DNA of 64,000 nucleotides from Faecalibacillus sp. (GTDB lineage: Bacteria; Bacillota_I; Bacilli_A; RFN20; CAG-826), in the NCBI GenBank assembly GCA_963588175.1, contig CAVAGP010000005.1, positions 6,612-70,611 of the forward strand, written 5' to 3'. The notes under the pieces are model-generated. The model searched no databases, had not been told where the DNA came from, and worked only from the letters and a program-made list of their open reading frames with translations. The translations under genes and the position numbers were made by a program. Below are positions 63,864 through 64,000 of this stretch, in pieces (within the stretch, counting starts at the first letter, position 1; the number at the start of each line of letters is the position of its first letter).

Positions 63864-64000
63864 TTTTCAAATGTTGCAGAGCCGATGCCTGGCACATTCT
63901 TCAAGTCCTCAAGCTGCTGGAAGTCGCCGTTTGAGTTTCTATAAGTGATGATTGCTCCTGCTACCGTCACTGAGAAAGCGGACAAATCCTCGAGTTGGCT
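63830..64000 (-). CDS. comEA: ComEA DNA receptor, C-terminal helix-hairpin-helix fragment (5' end outside window)
   Basis: Minus-strand frame open from 64000: ...AGAIITYRNSNGDFQQLEDLKNVPGIGSATFEKCKNYVTLYAV, stop TAA at 63832-63830. Overlaps the comEC start by 34 nt. Confidence 0.75.
   Translation of the reverse strand, partial: SQLEDLSAFSVTVAGAIITYRNSNGDFQQLEDLKNVPGIGSATFEKCKNYVTLYAV

Noticed and set aside
1-64000. Mollicutes genetic code (TGA = Trp)
   Set aside because: TGA terminates well-defined genes at the expected ends (the TM2 protein at 701-703, parC at 26885-27887 region, nfo, cshB), and conserved proteins are full length under code 11.
1-64000. CRISPR arrays, tRNA, rRNA, tmRNA, RNase P and SRP RNA genes
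   Set aside because: By eye, I saw no regularly spaced direct repeats and no recognisable conserved RNA signatures (tRNA T-loop/acceptor pairs, the tmRNA 3' end, the RNase P GAGGAAAGTCC box) in the few intergenic regions longer than 100 bp. A covariance-model scan would be needed to be certain.

Overview
This window is a dense housekeeping segment of a low-GC Gram-positive (Bacillota-like) chromosome that uses the standard bacterial code. I call about 60 CDS. From memory, their order is largely collinear with the Bacillus subtilis yqe/yqf/yqh/yrv regions. The plus-strand block runs dnaJ-rsmE-mtaB, rpsU-ybeY-cdd-era-recO-glyQS-dnaG-sigA-trmK-yqfO-cshB-nfo, yneF/plsY/parE-parC, and yqeG-yqeH-yhbY-nadD/yqeK-rsfS. 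The minus-strand block runs deoB-xerD-dinB, xseBA-nusB-asp23-tkt, aspS-hisS-relA-recJ-secDF-ruvBA-obg-lepA, fmt, and holA-comEC-comEA. Sporulation genes and several Bacillus neighbours are missing, which suggests a reduced genome.

I saw no rRNA or tRNA genes, CRISPR arrays, transposases or prophage genes, and no multi-gene cluster that looks like a new system.

The items most worth a second look are:
- a YqeH homologue that has lost its P-loop;
- an orphan C39-peptidase plus transmembrane protein with no ABC ATPase, inserted into the rpsU-ybeY cluster;
- about 540 bp of unexplained, strand-asymmetric non-coding DNA between rsfS and deoB;
- a collinear pair of short motifs (TTTCCCAC..TTTTGAAC and AAAACTACTAATT) recurring in three intergenic regions next to the 3' ends of minus-strand genes;
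- a short terminator-containing glyQS leader that does not look like a T-box;
- a Cys-rich tail on HisS;
- a PD-(D/E)XK nuclease fused to a DinG/XPD helicase;
- a stand-alone adenylation-carrier didomain protein.

The ORF track accepts alternative start codons, so several of its N-termini are over-extended and I trimmed them. It also misses rpsU and one 32-aa membrane ORF. All calls rest on reading the sequence and remembering family motifs. No searches were run.
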